The notes under the pieces were generated by a model. The model made no database searches. It had not been told where the DNA came from and worked only from the letters and a program-made list of their open reading frames with translations. Positions 10,005 to 19,862 of a stretch of 64,000 nt of DNA are shown here, in pieces (the first letter of the stretch is position 1; each line of letters begins with the position of its first letter). The translations under genes were made by a program, and so were the position numbers. The stretch spans positions 128,001 to 192,000 of the forward strand of contig JBEPZY010000001.1 in the NCBI GenBank assembly GCA_041640595.1, given 5' to 3'. This DNA is from Gemmatales bacterium. GTDB taxonomy: Bacteria > Planctomycetota > Planctomycetia > Gemmatales > HRBIN36.

Positions 10005-11537
10005 TTATTCCCAGCGTACTGCCCGAGCCGGATGCAACCAGGCCGCTCGCAGGGCAGGGTACACGCTGGCCAGAACCGCGATAGCGATAGCACCGGCATT
10101 TACCAGCAACACCATGTCCGTCTGTAAATCGGTCGGTATCTGGTCGAAATAATAGACACTGCGGTTGAACACTTCCTGGCCGGTCAAGCGGGCAATGACC
10201 TGCTCAATTTCGTTGATGTATATCGTGATTGTAACGCCCAGAACCGTTCCCAGACCGGCGCCCACCAGGCCAAGAAACAGACCGTATCCGATAAACAACC
10301 CTAATACTCCGCTGTGGGACGCGCCTAACGCTTTCAAGATGCCTATATCGCGCGTTTTTTCGACAACGATGGTATAGAAAATGGCCAGGATACCAAATCC
10401 AGCCACAGCAATAATCAGGAATAGCAGGACGTTGAGAATACCCCGCTCGATAGCGATAGCGGCTAATAAGGAGCCCTGCCGTTGCTCCCAGGTTTGCACT
10501 ACAAAGCTTTGAGGTGGGAAAGCGTCACTATCACTTAGCAGGCGAACTGCTTCGATAGCATCCTGGCAATAGTTTCGCAGCTTGATATAGAGGGTCTTGG
10601 CGCGGTTGGCCATACCGCGTAGCCGTTGCATATCCCGTAGATGGATGAACACCAGACGGGCGTCATATTCGCTCATTTCCGACTTGAATAAGTCCGTAAC
10701 CGCGAAGCTATCCTCAACGGGTCGCGGCAGGCCATAACTGCCATCATGCCCGGGCAAATCAAAAGCCGTCAATAACATGAGCGTTACACGGTCACCGGGA
10801 CGTAGCAGGAACACATCCTTCTCGATGTCGTTAAGGTGAGCATCCGGTTTGCGATATGTGGCAATACTATATCCGAGCACAATACCGGAAGGCTCGCGTA
10901 ATTCAGGTGGTAATTGTGGGGCTGAAGGCGGCGGAGGTAAATCGTCATAGCTTTGTATAGGTGGTTCGTGAGGCTGATTATCCATCGGCAAAGGGGCAAG
11001 AGGCGGTGACTTGCGAAAACGGGCTTGACTAATCCATTCCTGTTGGCGTCGCAAATGCTCCATTTCCAGATGAAAACGCTCAGCAACAGCGCCCCGCACG
11101 CGAAAGCAATCCTCAGGGTGCTTACGATTTTCGGGGGTGTAAAGATATTGTGAAAACTGACCTACACGGGCGCGGCTGACAGGTTCGACTCCGACCACGA
11201 ATACAGGCCGACTAATAACCTCATAACTGCCGGGGTAACGAAATTGCAGAATGCCAAAGGTCTCTATAGCTGGAGATACTGCCTCCACACGGTCGCCGAG
11301 GATTTCGTAAACCCGGCGCACTTTTTCGTCCACTCCGAAAAAACCGCTATCGCTTCGGTGTTCGATGATCACATCCGCTAACAGACCTCGCAAACGATCC
11401 CGTAGCTTACTGGCGAAACCAGCCATGACGCTATTCACCACAATCAAGGTCGCAACGCCGAGCATAACGCTGATAATGCTGGCCAGGGCCAGGTAGCGCG
11501 TCAGCAAATAACGCCACGCTAATAACCACTTATACAT
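10005..11537 (-). CDS. Lipoprotein-releasing ABC transporter permease, LolC/E family
   Basis: LAWRYL...LGVATLIVVNSVMAGF N-terminus; EKTRDIGILKALGAS; VYYFDQIP; YPALRAA C-terminus. Confidence 0.92.
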   Translation of the reverse strand: MYKWLLAWRYLLTRYLALASIISVMLGVATLIVVNSVMAGFASKLRDRLRGLLADVIIEHRSDSGFFGVDEKVRRVYEILGDRVEAVSPAIETFGILQFRYPGSYEVISRPVFVVGVEPVSRARVGQFSQYLYTPENRKHPEDCFRVRGAVAERFHLEMEHLRRQQEWISQARFRKSPPLAPLPMDNQPHEPPIQSYDDLPPPPSAPQLPPELREPSGIVLGYSIATYRKPDAHLNDIEKDVFLLRPGDRVTLMLLTAFDLPGHDGSYGLPRPVEDSFAVTDLFKSEMSEYDARLVFIHLRDMQRLRGMANRAKTLYIKLRNYCQDAIEAVRLLSDSDAFPPQSFVVQTWEQRQGSLLAAIAIERGILNVLLFLIIAVAGFGILAIFYTIVVEKTRDIGILKALGASHSGVLGLFIGYGLFLGLVGAGLGTVLGVTITIYINEIEQVIARLTGQEVFNRSVYYFDQIPTDLQTDMVLLVNAGAIAIAVLASVYPALRAAWLHPARAVRWE

Positions 11538-11605
11538 ATCCCGCTCCTAAGTGAAATGCCACTGGTTCAGGCGCCCTCGAATTTAGTTTGTTCTTATGTC
11601 GCGGT

Positions 11606-13096
11606 TCAGCCCTGCGAAGGGGATTCGGGGCTGCGCTTTTCCGGCCGCAATAACGGGAATAAAATGACATCGCGAATAGTTCGGCTGCCGGTCAACACCA
11701 TGACCAGCCTATCAATGCCGATGCCCAGACCGCCTGCCGGAGGCATGCCGTATTTCAAGGCCTTGATAAAATCTTCGTCCATGCGGGCCATAGACTCTTC
11801 TTCCGGTAAACCAGCCAGTTGTCGGCGAAACGTCGCTTCCTGAGTAACAGGATCGTTTAGTTCCGTATAGGCATTTGCTAATTCCATGCCCTGGATATAA
11901 AGCTCAAAACGTTCGGCGATCTCCGGATTGTCTCGTTTGCGTTTCGTCAGGGGACATAAAGAGGCAGGGTAGTCATAAACAAAGACCGGGCCGACCAGTT
12001 TATCCTCGATAACTTCCTCGAACAGGTAGTGAACGAGAACGTCTCGCTCCTTACCCGCAGTATCTATGCCATAGCGTTGTGCAGCTTGCAGCACCGCCTG
12101 GGTGTCCTGCCAATCTACGCCGATATGCTGACGAAACAGCTCCGTGTAACTCACGCGAGGCCAGGGCGGAGTGAAATCCATTTCCTGATCGCCTAAGTGT
12201 AATTTCCGTCCATGCCCCAATAGCTCCACGCACGACGAGATAAGCCCTTCCGTCAAATCCATCATGGTGTTATAGTCGCCATAGGCCTGGTATAGTTCTA
12301 ACATAGTGAATTCTGGATTATGTTTGGGGCTGATGCCTTCGTTGCGGAACACGCGGCCGATTTCATATATTTTTTCAAACCCGGCGACTAATAACCGCTT
12401 CAGATGCAATTCCAGAGCTATGCGCAGGTAGAGGTCAATGTCCAGAGCATTGTGGTGGGTGACGAAAGGACGGGCAGCCGCCCCGCCAGCAATGGTTTGC
12501 AGTACCGGCGTCTCTACCTCCAGATAACCGAGTCGATTGAGATAGTCGCGGATGTGCCGAATAATACGAACGCGTGTCAGGGCCTTGTTACGAAGTTCGG
12601 GATTATAGATAAGGTCTAAGTATCGGTGGCGAAGGGCGAATTCCACATCCTCAATGCCTGACCACTTATCAGGATGGGGCAACAGTGACTTGGCCAGGTA
12701 GTGTAATTGCTGGGCGAAGACAGTGAGCTCGCCAGTTTTCGTTTTTCCAAACCGCCCATCTACACCCAGGAGATCGCCCAGATCAAGGTACTCGCAAAGC
12801 TGCCAGTTCAGTTCGCCGACCTGTTTCTGGCCAATGAGCACCTGAATTTTGCCGGTAGCGTCAGCCAGGTCGAGGAAAATGATGCGTCCCATTCGGCGAA
12901 TGGTACGAATTCGTCCAGCGATGCGTACCGGAGGACCCGCGGTGAGCGGATCACCTTCCGCAACCGGTAGAGAGCGTACCTTCGCGATGGGCTGGTGGCT
13001 GTCGAACCTGCCTCCCCACGGATCCAGCCCCAGCGCTTCGATATGCTTTAATTTTGCCAGGCGGTCGGCTTCAAATTTCTCCAGCACCGTTGTCAA
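11606..13096 (-). CDS. lysS: Lysine--tRNA ligase, class II
   Basis: GGAAARPFVTHHN, YLRIALELHLKRL, FRNEGISPKHNPEFTMLELY, YGMPPAGGLGIGIDRL. Start placed at TTG 13096, preceded by GAGGA; the ORF is open from 13183. Confidence 0.97.
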   Translation of the reverse strand: MTTVLEKFEADRLAKLKHIEALGLDPWGGRFDSHQPIAKVRSLPVAEGDPLTAGPPVRIAGRIRTIRRMGRIIFLDLADATGKIQVLIGQKQVGELNWQLCEYLDLGDLLGVDGRFGKTKTGELTVFAQQLHYLAKSLLPHPDKWSGIEDVEFALRHRYLDLIYNPELRNKALTRVRIIRHIRDYLNRLGYLEVETPVLQTIAGGAAARPFVTHHNALDIDLYLRIALELHLKRLLVAGFEKIYEIGRVFRNEGISPKHNPEFTMLELYQAYGDYNTMMDLTEGLISSCVELLGHGRKLHLGDQEMDFTPPWPRVSYTELFRQHIGVDWQDTQAVLQAAQRYGIDTAGKERDVLVHYLFEEVIEDKLVGPVFVYDYPASLCPLTKRKRDNPEIAERFELYIQGMELANAYTELNDPVTQEATFRRQLAGLPEEESMARMDEDFIKALKYGMPPAGGLGIGIDRLVMVLTGSRTIRDVILFPLLRPEKRSPESPSQG

Positions 13097-13256
13097 GGTT
13101 TCCTCGCTATTGGCGGCGTCAGTCCTGGGGGGACCGAGCGATTGTAGTTTGCTGGGCGACGCTGTCAATGCAGCCTGTCCCAACCATATTATTGCAGCAA
13201 AGAAAAGAAGGCATCACCTGTTGTCGCAGGCCAGAACTCGAACATTCCAGTTGCTC

Positions 13257-13285
13257 TTGCCAGGAATTGGCGACTCAGTCATAAT
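13257..13285 (+). promoter_or_regulatory. Putative sigma70 promoter for the E2-like/SDR/SDR operon
   Basis: TTGCCA (13257-13262), 17-nt spacer, CATAAT (13280-13285), 66 nt before ATG 13352. Confidence 0.6.
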
Positions 13286-13351
13286 CGCGGCCAGGAGACA
13301 AGAAGAGCCAGAAATCAGCAATTCGGACATCACATTGCCGAGCTCGTAACC

Positions 13352-14152
13352 ATGCCAGGGTCAAAGGGCGAAGGAAATCCGGAAGTCTTAGAATCGCCGC
13401 CGACATCGCGTTGGCTACCACTATCGCCCTATCGAAAACTGGTCATCGAGATGTTGCACCATGCACGGAAAGTGCCTTCTATTCCGGTCGCGCGGACTAT
13501 GCGTTTAAGAGACCTGGTACGAGTCCGGGTCTCGTTGCCCTCACGGCCTTCCTGGACCGCGATATTTATACGCGGTTATGGCTTGGTTGCCCGTGAATTC
13601 CCGGAATTACGTCGGGCATATATTCCCTGGCCCGTGCCCCATTTGTACGAACACCCTTTCAGCATTGCCGCAGTTGTCGTCGAGCGACAACTTGGCGAGG
13701 AGCCTGTGCTGCTGGCGGCGAAGATTCGCACACCGGAAAATTGCTCCTTAACCGAGATTCAGCATCATCTGGACCGCTTTAAAGAAGCTCCGCTGGAGCA
13801 GGTTTCTGAATTCCGTCAGTTGCGGCGTCTCGGAAAGATGCCGGCCTGGTTGCGGCGCTTCCTTTTCTGGCAAACGTTGAATTGGTCCGGAAAAAAGCGA
13901 GCTAAACGGTTCGGGACTTTCCTGGTGTCCAGTTATGGGAGTTTAGGAGCAGAGCAGATTCATCCTATATGTCCGCTAACCACGCTGCTAACCTTTGGAC
14001 CGATCGGCGCAGACGGAGACGTGGTTGTCAAAATCGTCTATGATCATCGTGTAACCGACGGGCGACGAATCGCTGCGGCCCTGGCTGCTTTAGAGGAGCA
14101 ACTTCTTAGCACGGTGTTAGAGGAACTGGAGTGCGTATGTCGAGCGGCCTGA
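13352..14152 (+). CDS. Stand-alone 2-oxoacid dehydrogenase E2-like (CAT-fold) acyltransferase catalytic domain
   Basis: LSPYRKLV-type N-terminal segment, GTFLVSSYGSLG, YDHRVTDG (HxxxDG catalytic motif); no lipoyl or E3-binding domain. Confidence 0.85.
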   Translation: MPGSKGEGNPEVLESPPTSRWLPLSPYRKLVIEMLHHARKVPSIPVARTMRLRDLVRVRVSLPSRPSWTAIFIRGYGLVAREFPELRRAYIPWPVPHLYEHPFSIAAVVVERQLGEEPVLLAAKIRTPENCSLTEIQHHLDRFKEAPLEQVSEFRQLRRLGKMPAWLRRFLFWQTLNWSGKKRAKRFGTFLVSSYGSLGAEQIHPICPLTTLLTFGPIGADGDVVVKIVYDHRVTDGRRIAAALAALEEQLLSTVLEELECVCRAA

Positions 14153-15153
14153 CGGCTGGCTACTGGCGCGATCGGACCGTGGCCCTAACTGGCGCGACCG
14201 GTTTTCTCGGTTTTCATGTCGCTCAGCTCCTGTGTCAACTTGGTGCGAAGGTTCGGGCTATCGTTCGGCCTACCTCAAAAATCGAGCGTCTGCGATTTCT
14301 TGGCGTTGAATGTATAAGGGCGTCGCTGTTGTCTCCAGCCGAACTAACTTCTGCCCTGACGGGTCAGGAGGTGTTAATCCATCTTGCCGGTGCGGTACAT
14401 TTGCGTTCTGAATGGCAGCAAGTATGGCAAACTAATGTGCATGGGACGCGGTGTGTTCTGGAGGCTGGCCGACAAGCCGGAGTTGGTCGAGTAGTGCATG
14501 TCAGCTCCATTGTTACCATCGCGGCAACCCGCGAGCCACAACTATTAGATGAGTCCGCAAACTGGAATCTGGGCCACCTTCGAGTTCCTTATGTTCTAAG
14601 TAAGCGGCGTGCTGAACAAATTGCTTTACAAGCCGCGAACACTGGTCAGGACGTGGTCGTTGTGAATCCTGGCTGCGTGATTGGTCCGCAAGACTATAGC
14701 CGGAGCGAATTCGGCGTATTGTGCCGCAGGTTCTGGTGTGGACGGATACCTTTAGTGTTTCGGGGCGGTAGCAATTTTGTTGATGTGCGCGATGTGGCCC
14801 GGGGAATTCTGCTGGCCGCGGAGCGTGGTCAACGGGGCCGGCGTTACATTCTCGGAGGTGTCAACCGAACCTGGCTGGACTTCTTTCGTGACTTAGCACG
14901 ACTAAGTCCCTGGCCGATCCCCCGCTGGTGTGCTCCGCGCAGTTTGGCCCCTATGATTGCTTACCTTGAACCTTATTGCCATCGAGAGGTTGACAAACGT
15001 CCTTATCTAAGCCCTGCACAGGCGGAGCTGTTATCGTGGTTCTTTTTTATGAGTAGCCGGCGTGCCAGCGAGGAGTTGGGCTATTCAATACGCCCCTGGT
15101 CGCAGACATTGTGGGATACTTATCAATTCTGGGTGCCTGCCCGGACTGCATGA
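14137..15153 (+). CDS. NAD-dependent epimerase/dehydratase, extended SDR (HpnA/dihydroflavonol reductase-like)
   Basis: TGATGFLG, HVSSI, YVLSK (YxxxK), VNPGCVIGP, VDVRDVARG, GRRYILGG; overlaps the upstream stop codon. Confidence 0.92.
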   Translation: MSSGLTAGYWRDRTVALTGATGFLGFHVAQLLCQLGAKVRAIVRPTSKIERLRFLGVECIRASLLSPAELTSALTGQEVLIHLAGAVHLRSEWQQVWQTNVHGTRCVLEAGRQAGVGRVVHVSSIVTIAATREPQLLDESANWNLGHLRVPYVLSKRRAEQIALQAANTGQDVVVVNPGCVIGPQDYSRSEFGVLCRRFWCGRIPLVFRGGSNFVDVRDVARGILLAAERGQRGRRYILGGVNRTWLDFFRDLARLSPWPIPRWCAPRSLAPMIAYLEPYCHREVDKRPYLSPAQAELLSWFFFMSSRRASEELGYSIRPWSQTLWDTYQFWVPARTA

Positions 15154-15169
15154 TAAGGATGCTGTCTCT

Positions 15170-16303
15170 ATGACATCAGAGCCTGCGTGTGGACAATCAG
15201 CAGAGCTTGAAACCACACGGATCGAACATGGCCCGAAGCAAGAAAGACGCCAGCCCGATCCGGAATTCTGGGCTGGCCGGCGGGTCGTGGTGACCGGGGG
15301 CACGGGGTTTCTCGGCTGGCATCTAGTGCAGGTGTTGCGGCAAATGCGAGCTCGCCTCCGTACGCTCGCTCTCCATCCATCCTTGCGTCATCCTATATTA
15401 GACCTGGACGACATAGAACCTGTGTTTGGCGACGTAACCGATAGCAAGTTGGTGGAATCTGTGCTCTCAGACGCCGAAATTATTTTCCATGCTGCCGGGC
15501 CTGTAGCGATCTGGGGCGTTGCTCCAAACGTGATCTTGCAGACTCACATTCAAGGCACAGCTAACATTCTGCGTTACGCACCGGAAAACGCGAAAATCGC
15601 ATATACCTCGAGCGTTACCACTATCGGAGCCACCAGGACGGCGATTGTACTGGATGAGGAAAACAGCCTGATTCCTTCCCGGTTACAAATTCCGTACATC
15701 GAGGCAAAGCGAGAGGCGGAACGGTTGTGTTTAGAGGCCGCGAAGACAGATAGGTGGGTGGTTGTGGTCAATCCAGGTTACTTGATTGGTCCTGATGATT
15801 TCGGCCCCTCGATTTTAGGCAGATTTTGTCAACGGTTCTGGAAAGGTCGCGTCTGGCTGGTACCGCGAGGTGGAATAAATGTCGTAGATGTGCGGGATGT
15901 AGCTATCGGCCACTTGCTGGCTGTAGAACACGGTCGGCCGGGACGACGATATATCCTGGGAGGTGAGAATCTAAGTTTTTTGCAATTCTGTTACCAGCTA
16001 TCGGCAGCGGCGCATTGCCGGCCTAGATTCCTGTCGGCATGTCCTGCTTTTGTGCTGAACGGCTGTGCTGCGGTAGCCCATTTGCGGTCGTGGTGGACAC
16101 GGCGAGAACCTTACCCATCATTTGCTCAGATTCAGATTGGCACGCGGTTCTGGTACTATACTAGCCAGCGTGCCTGTGCAGAACTTGGCTACTCGGCGCG
16201 TCCGATAAGCGAAACCTTGCAAGATACCTGGTTCTGGTATCAACAATACCATCGTCCGGTACTAAGGAGGTTTACACGCTGGTGGATGCGAGCGGCGGCT
16301 TAG
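15170..16303 (+). CDS. Second HpnA-like extended SDR, paralogue of the previous gene
   Basis: AAGGA before ATG 15170; TGGTGFLG, YTSSV, YIEAK, VNPGYLIGP, VDVRDVAIG, GRRYILGG. Confidence 0.92.
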   Translation: MTSEPACGQSAELETTRIEHGPKQERRQPDPEFWAGRRVVVTGGTGFLGWHLVQVLRQMRARLRTLALHPSLRHPILDLDDIEPVFGDVTDSKLVESVLSDAEIIFHAAGPVAIWGVAPNVILQTHIQGTANILRYAPENAKIAYTSSVTTIGATRTAIVLDEENSLIPSRLQIPYIEAKREAERLCLEAAKTDRWVVVVNPGYLIGPDDFGPSILGRFCQRFWKGRVWLVPRGGINVVDVRDVAIGHLLAVEHGRPGRRYILGGENLSFLQFCYQLSAAAHCRPRFLSACPAFVLNGCAAVAHLRSWWTRREPYPSFAQIQIGTRFWYYTSQRACAELGYSARPISETLQDTWFWYQQYHRPVLRRFTRWWMRAAA

Positions 16304-16395
16304 TCGTTATGGACGCCTAACTTTTTGCCCACTGTTTATTAGCGTAAGCTAACCAGAAGTCCGCCAATGGTTGACCTGGCGCACGCTATATTCGG

Positions 16396-17142
16396 TCAGC
16401 GAGTCAAGGCATCCAGTTCCCGTTGAATCAGGTCTAATGTCACGGGATGCTTAGGGGTGTTAAAGTGCCAGGCATCAGGGATTTCGATATTTTCAGCGTT
16501 ATCGAGTTGGGCTCCGTCAAGAAGAACGCCCCAGGCCAGAACGTTAACGACTCGCTTGGCGTTGGCGGGTCGGTCGTAAGGGGTATTGCGCAGGGTGTTG
16601 CCGTTCAGATAGACCAGTAAATCTACAGGGATGCCTTGTTCGCCGAGATTGTGGGTAAGATTACGAGCCGCGTTGGCTCCAAAACTGTAGCCGATCAGAA
16701 CGATGCGAGCGTTGGGGTTGCGAAGTTTGGTTTGCTCGATTTGTTCTTGTAAGCTGGCGGCCGTGATTAGTTCGCTGTAATGAACGTGCTCATAGCCGAG
16801 GCCACGAATATAGTCGGCTAAACCGGGAACATCGGCATAGTGGAAGGGATCAAAGCCATTGATGACGAAGACGTGCACCTGGCTTCGCGGGTCAACGCAG
16901 TTCTCGGCGGTACGGCTGACTGCAGGAGAGGTACCGTTTTCGTTCTGGGCCGGTAACGTTTCGTCGTCGGCTCCGCGCATGGCTTCGTAATCTGAGCCGA
17001 TTGGCCATTCGGGCCGGCTGTCAGTGGTTATGGATGCACAGCCGATCAGCCACGGCATGATGCAAATGCAAAAAGACCCTAGCGGCAGGACTTGCCAGCG
17101 ATTTCCGGACTGTCTTTGAAGGCTTTGGCAATTGGGCAGCAT
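16396..17142 (-). CDS. Putative lipoprotein with a minimal alpha/beta-hydrolase fold
   Basis: Lipobox-like LIGC; VFVINGFDP, LIGYSFGAN (GxSxG), VDLLVYL, terminal WHF; start uncertain. Confidence 0.7.
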   Translation of the reverse strand: MLPNCQSLQRQSGNRWQVLPLGSFCICIMPWLIGCASITTDSRPEWPIGSDYEAMRGADDETLPAQNENGTSPAVSRTAENCVDPRSQVHVFVINGFDPFHYADVPGLADYIRGLGYEHVHYSELITAASLQEQIEQTKLRNPNARIVLIGYSFGANAARNLTHNLGEQGIPVDLLVYLNGNTLRNTPYDRPANAKRVVNVLAWGVLLDGAQLDNAENIEIPDAWHFNTPKHPVTLDLIQRELDALTR

Positions 17143-17422
17143 GGCTTTACCGCGGGCATCGGTGTTGGCGAGTGGGTTCTGAATACCAGGTCGGCTACGT
17201 TTATGGCGAATTTTGCCCTTGTTGCCAACCCGAACTGGAACCAATTTGACTCGAGAACCACTGTTGCGCATTGCGGAAACTGAAGAAGCTGGAAAAACTT
17301 TTTAGCTGACGCAAACTCTCACGGAGCCGGAACCGTGCGGGGCTCACGTGCTTGATGCCGAGGGAATCAAGGGATCAGCGTGATGCTCAACATCGGCGAA
17401 ACAGGGCGTGTCAAGGCGGCCG

Positions 17423-17692
17423 TCAATGCACTTCGATGTCGTTAGAAGCGATATGTTCGCCTAATTCCAGGATGGCATGCTGGGCCAGCTGCTTGGCGTA
17501 GTAAGTCGGTACACGTCCTTGCAAAATTACTCCTCGTTCGCTGCGTACAACTCGCAGATCCCGAATGCGATTGCCTAAACGTTTCTGAATCGTTGCTTCC
17601 AGATATTCGTCCTGAGGTTCCTGAGACGGGATTGCGGTGAATTGGTGTTCCGTTGTCAGTTCGACCCACTGGCTGGTAGCTTCCCGCACCAT
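17423..17692 (-). CDS. Small BON-domain-like protein
   Basis: GAGGAGG Shine-Dalgarno; IRDLRV...GVILQGRVPTYYAKQLAQHA...NDIEV. Confidence 0.8.
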   Translation of the reverse strand: MVREATSQWVELTTEHQFTAIPSQEPQDEYLEATIQKRLGNRIRDLRVVRSERGVILQGRVPTYYAKQLAQHAILELGEHIASNDIEVH

Positions 17693-18117
17693 GCGTAGCC
17701 TCCTCGGTTACGGTCAGGCTAAGGCAGTGCCCTGCCTGCTGGACAAGACTGACGCTTGCTAATCGGGGCACGAAGCTCCCGAACCGTTCGTCGCAACGCT
17801 CGTCTCCTTCCGCTGTGATTCCTTTTCAGCTTTGTCCTTGGTATTCCTTCGCCATCCCTGCACAGGACTGGCCGATTTGTCCGCTCAAAGTTTAACTACT
17901 CGGCCGTGCTTGCGTCAAAGAAAAATGGGTGAATTTTTCGCTAGCTTCGCTGCCTCTTTGCTGACCGTGATTATTGTAGCAAATGTTCCACCGGATAGAC
18001 GGCCAGCGTTCTCGGAGACGAAGCAACTTCTTAGGAAAACTCTCGCAACGGGCGTGATGGCCTGGGGCTGTTGAAATCCGCACAATAGCGTAAAAAGCTT
18101 TGGAGATAGCGACCGTC

Positions 18118-19701
18118 ATGAGCTCAAGCGTTCGCCAATCCAACATGCCGCCAGAAGACCCATCGGCGAGCAAAACAAATCAGCAGCCAGCAGTTAGCAC
18201 CATCGAAGCACCGGTGTTGCCGCCGGGGTTGGGCTGGCTGATTGTGATAGGCGTGGGGGTGGGCATTTGGGCGTTAGACGCGGTATTCGGCTGGCGACCG
18301 ACTACCGTAACGCCGGCGGGCTGGCGGTTGGTGGCGATTTTCCTCGCCACAATTCTGGCATTTATCCTTCGGCCCATGCCTGGAGGTGCGGTAGTTTTAC
18401 TGGCCCTGGTGGTGGCTATGGTGACTGGCACACTGACGCCTGAAGAGGCTCTCGGCGGTTATGCCGACCCGACGGTCTGGCTGGTGCTTGCCGCGTACAT
18501 GATTTCCCGAGCCGTCATCCAGACGGGGCTGGCTCGCCGTATTGCTCTGCATTTCATTCGCCGACTCGGTCAGCGCACACTCGGACTGGCCTATGCACTG
18601 GTGGCTACCGATACATTGCTGGCTGGCGTTATTCCCTCGAACGCGGCTCGGGTCGGCGGAGTGATTTTGCCCATTGCCCGCGCACTGGCGGAGCACTACG
18701 GTTCTCACCCCGGTCCCAGTGCGGCTCTGTTGGGGAGTTTTCTCATTTTGGCCATCTATCAATCCGACATCGTCGCCTGTGCGATGTTCTATACCGGGCA
18801 GGCGAGCAACCCCCTGGCTGCAGTTGAAGCGGCTCGCGTAACGGCCACAACAGAGCCTGCTACGGTTGCATTGTTAGGTGGCACGCCAGCGGCTGCGATT
18901 CATCGGCCGGTTTTCCTTCACTACGGCAACTGGCTTTTCTATTCCTCCGTACCCGCGCTGCTGGCTATCTTAGTCGTACCTGCCGTGACCTATTGGCTAT
19001 GCCCGCCCAGCATTCGCCAAACGCCTGAGGCTCCTCAATTAGCCCGGCAAATGTTGCGACAGTTAGGCCCGGTGAGTCGCGATGAATGGATAGTTCTTGT
19101 CGTATTTATTAGCACCTGCGTGAGCTGGATGCTGGGTGGCTTTTTGTTTGGACCTAAAAGTATTACTGTGATCGCCTTGCTCAGTGTTAGTGTACTTCTT
19201 GTAAGTGGCGTTCTTAGCTGGCTCGATGTTATTCGGGAGAAAGGCGCCTGGGATGTGTTTTTATGGTACGGTGGCCTGGTCCAGCTCGGCAACTTATTAC
19301 GTCGAACGAACGTGCCGCAAACGGTTGCAGAAACGCTGGCCGAGCATCTAAGTCCCCTGCCTGTGTTCCTGCTCTTTCTGGCGGTGCTGCTTATTTACTT
19401 TTATGCTCATTACGCATTTGCCAGTATTACCTCCCACATTGTTTCCATGTACGGGGCATTTGTCTCTCTTCTTATCGTGGCTGGCGTACCAGCTCCGTTA
19501 GCTGCCTGTGCTCTTGCATTTATTACTAACCTATCCGCAGGTCTAACTCATTACGGGACTACACACGGTCCGATCCTATTCAGCGTGGGATACGTCTCCG
19601 CGGGAACATGGTGGAAACTCGGATTCTGGATTTCCATCGCCAATCTAACTATCTGGCTTAGTGTGGGACTGGTTTGGTGGAAAATCTGCGGTCTATGGTA
19701 G
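18118..19701 (+). CDS. DASS family anion transporter (CitT / 2-oxoglutarate-malate translocator-like)
   Basis: Many TM helices; IPSNAARVGG, HYAFASITSH, LTHYGTTHGPILFSVGYV, WWKLG motifs. Confidence 0.93.
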   Translation: MSSSVRQSNMPPEDPSASKTNQQPAVSTIEAPVLPPGLGWLIVIGVGVGIWALDAVFGWRPTTVTPAGWRLVAIFLATILAFILRPMPGGAVVLLALVVAMVTGTLTPEEALGGYADPTVWLVLAAYMISRAVIQTGLARRIALHFIRRLGQRTLGLAYALVATDTLLAGVIPSNAARVGGVILPIARALAEHYGSHPGPSAALLGSFLILAIYQSDIVACAMFYTGQASNPLAAVEAARVTATTEPATVALLGGTPAAAIHRPVFLHYGNWLFYSSVPALLAILVVPAVTYWLCPPSIRQTPEAPQLARQMLRQLGPVSRDEWIVLVVFISTCVSWMLGGFLFGPKSITVIALLSVSVLLVSGVLSWLDVIREKGAWDVFLWYGGLVQLGNLLRRTNVPQTVAETLAEHLSPLPVFLLFLAVLLIYFYAHYAFASITSHIVSMYGAFVSLLIVAGVPAPLAACALAFITNLSAGLTHYGTTHGPILFSVGYVSAGTWWKLGFWISIANLTIWLSVGLVWWKICGLW

Positions 19702-19862
19702 GCGTACATCTCCGCTTCTTATGCCAGCGTTCCACGTTCAGGTTCGAGGTACGAATCGAGCCACCAAACGGTTAGGTGTTTGTGCGCATGCGAAACTAGT
19801 GGCTATACGTGGGCAGCAATCGAAAAGTAAAGTGATACGGCAAAAGAAACGTGGCTTATACG

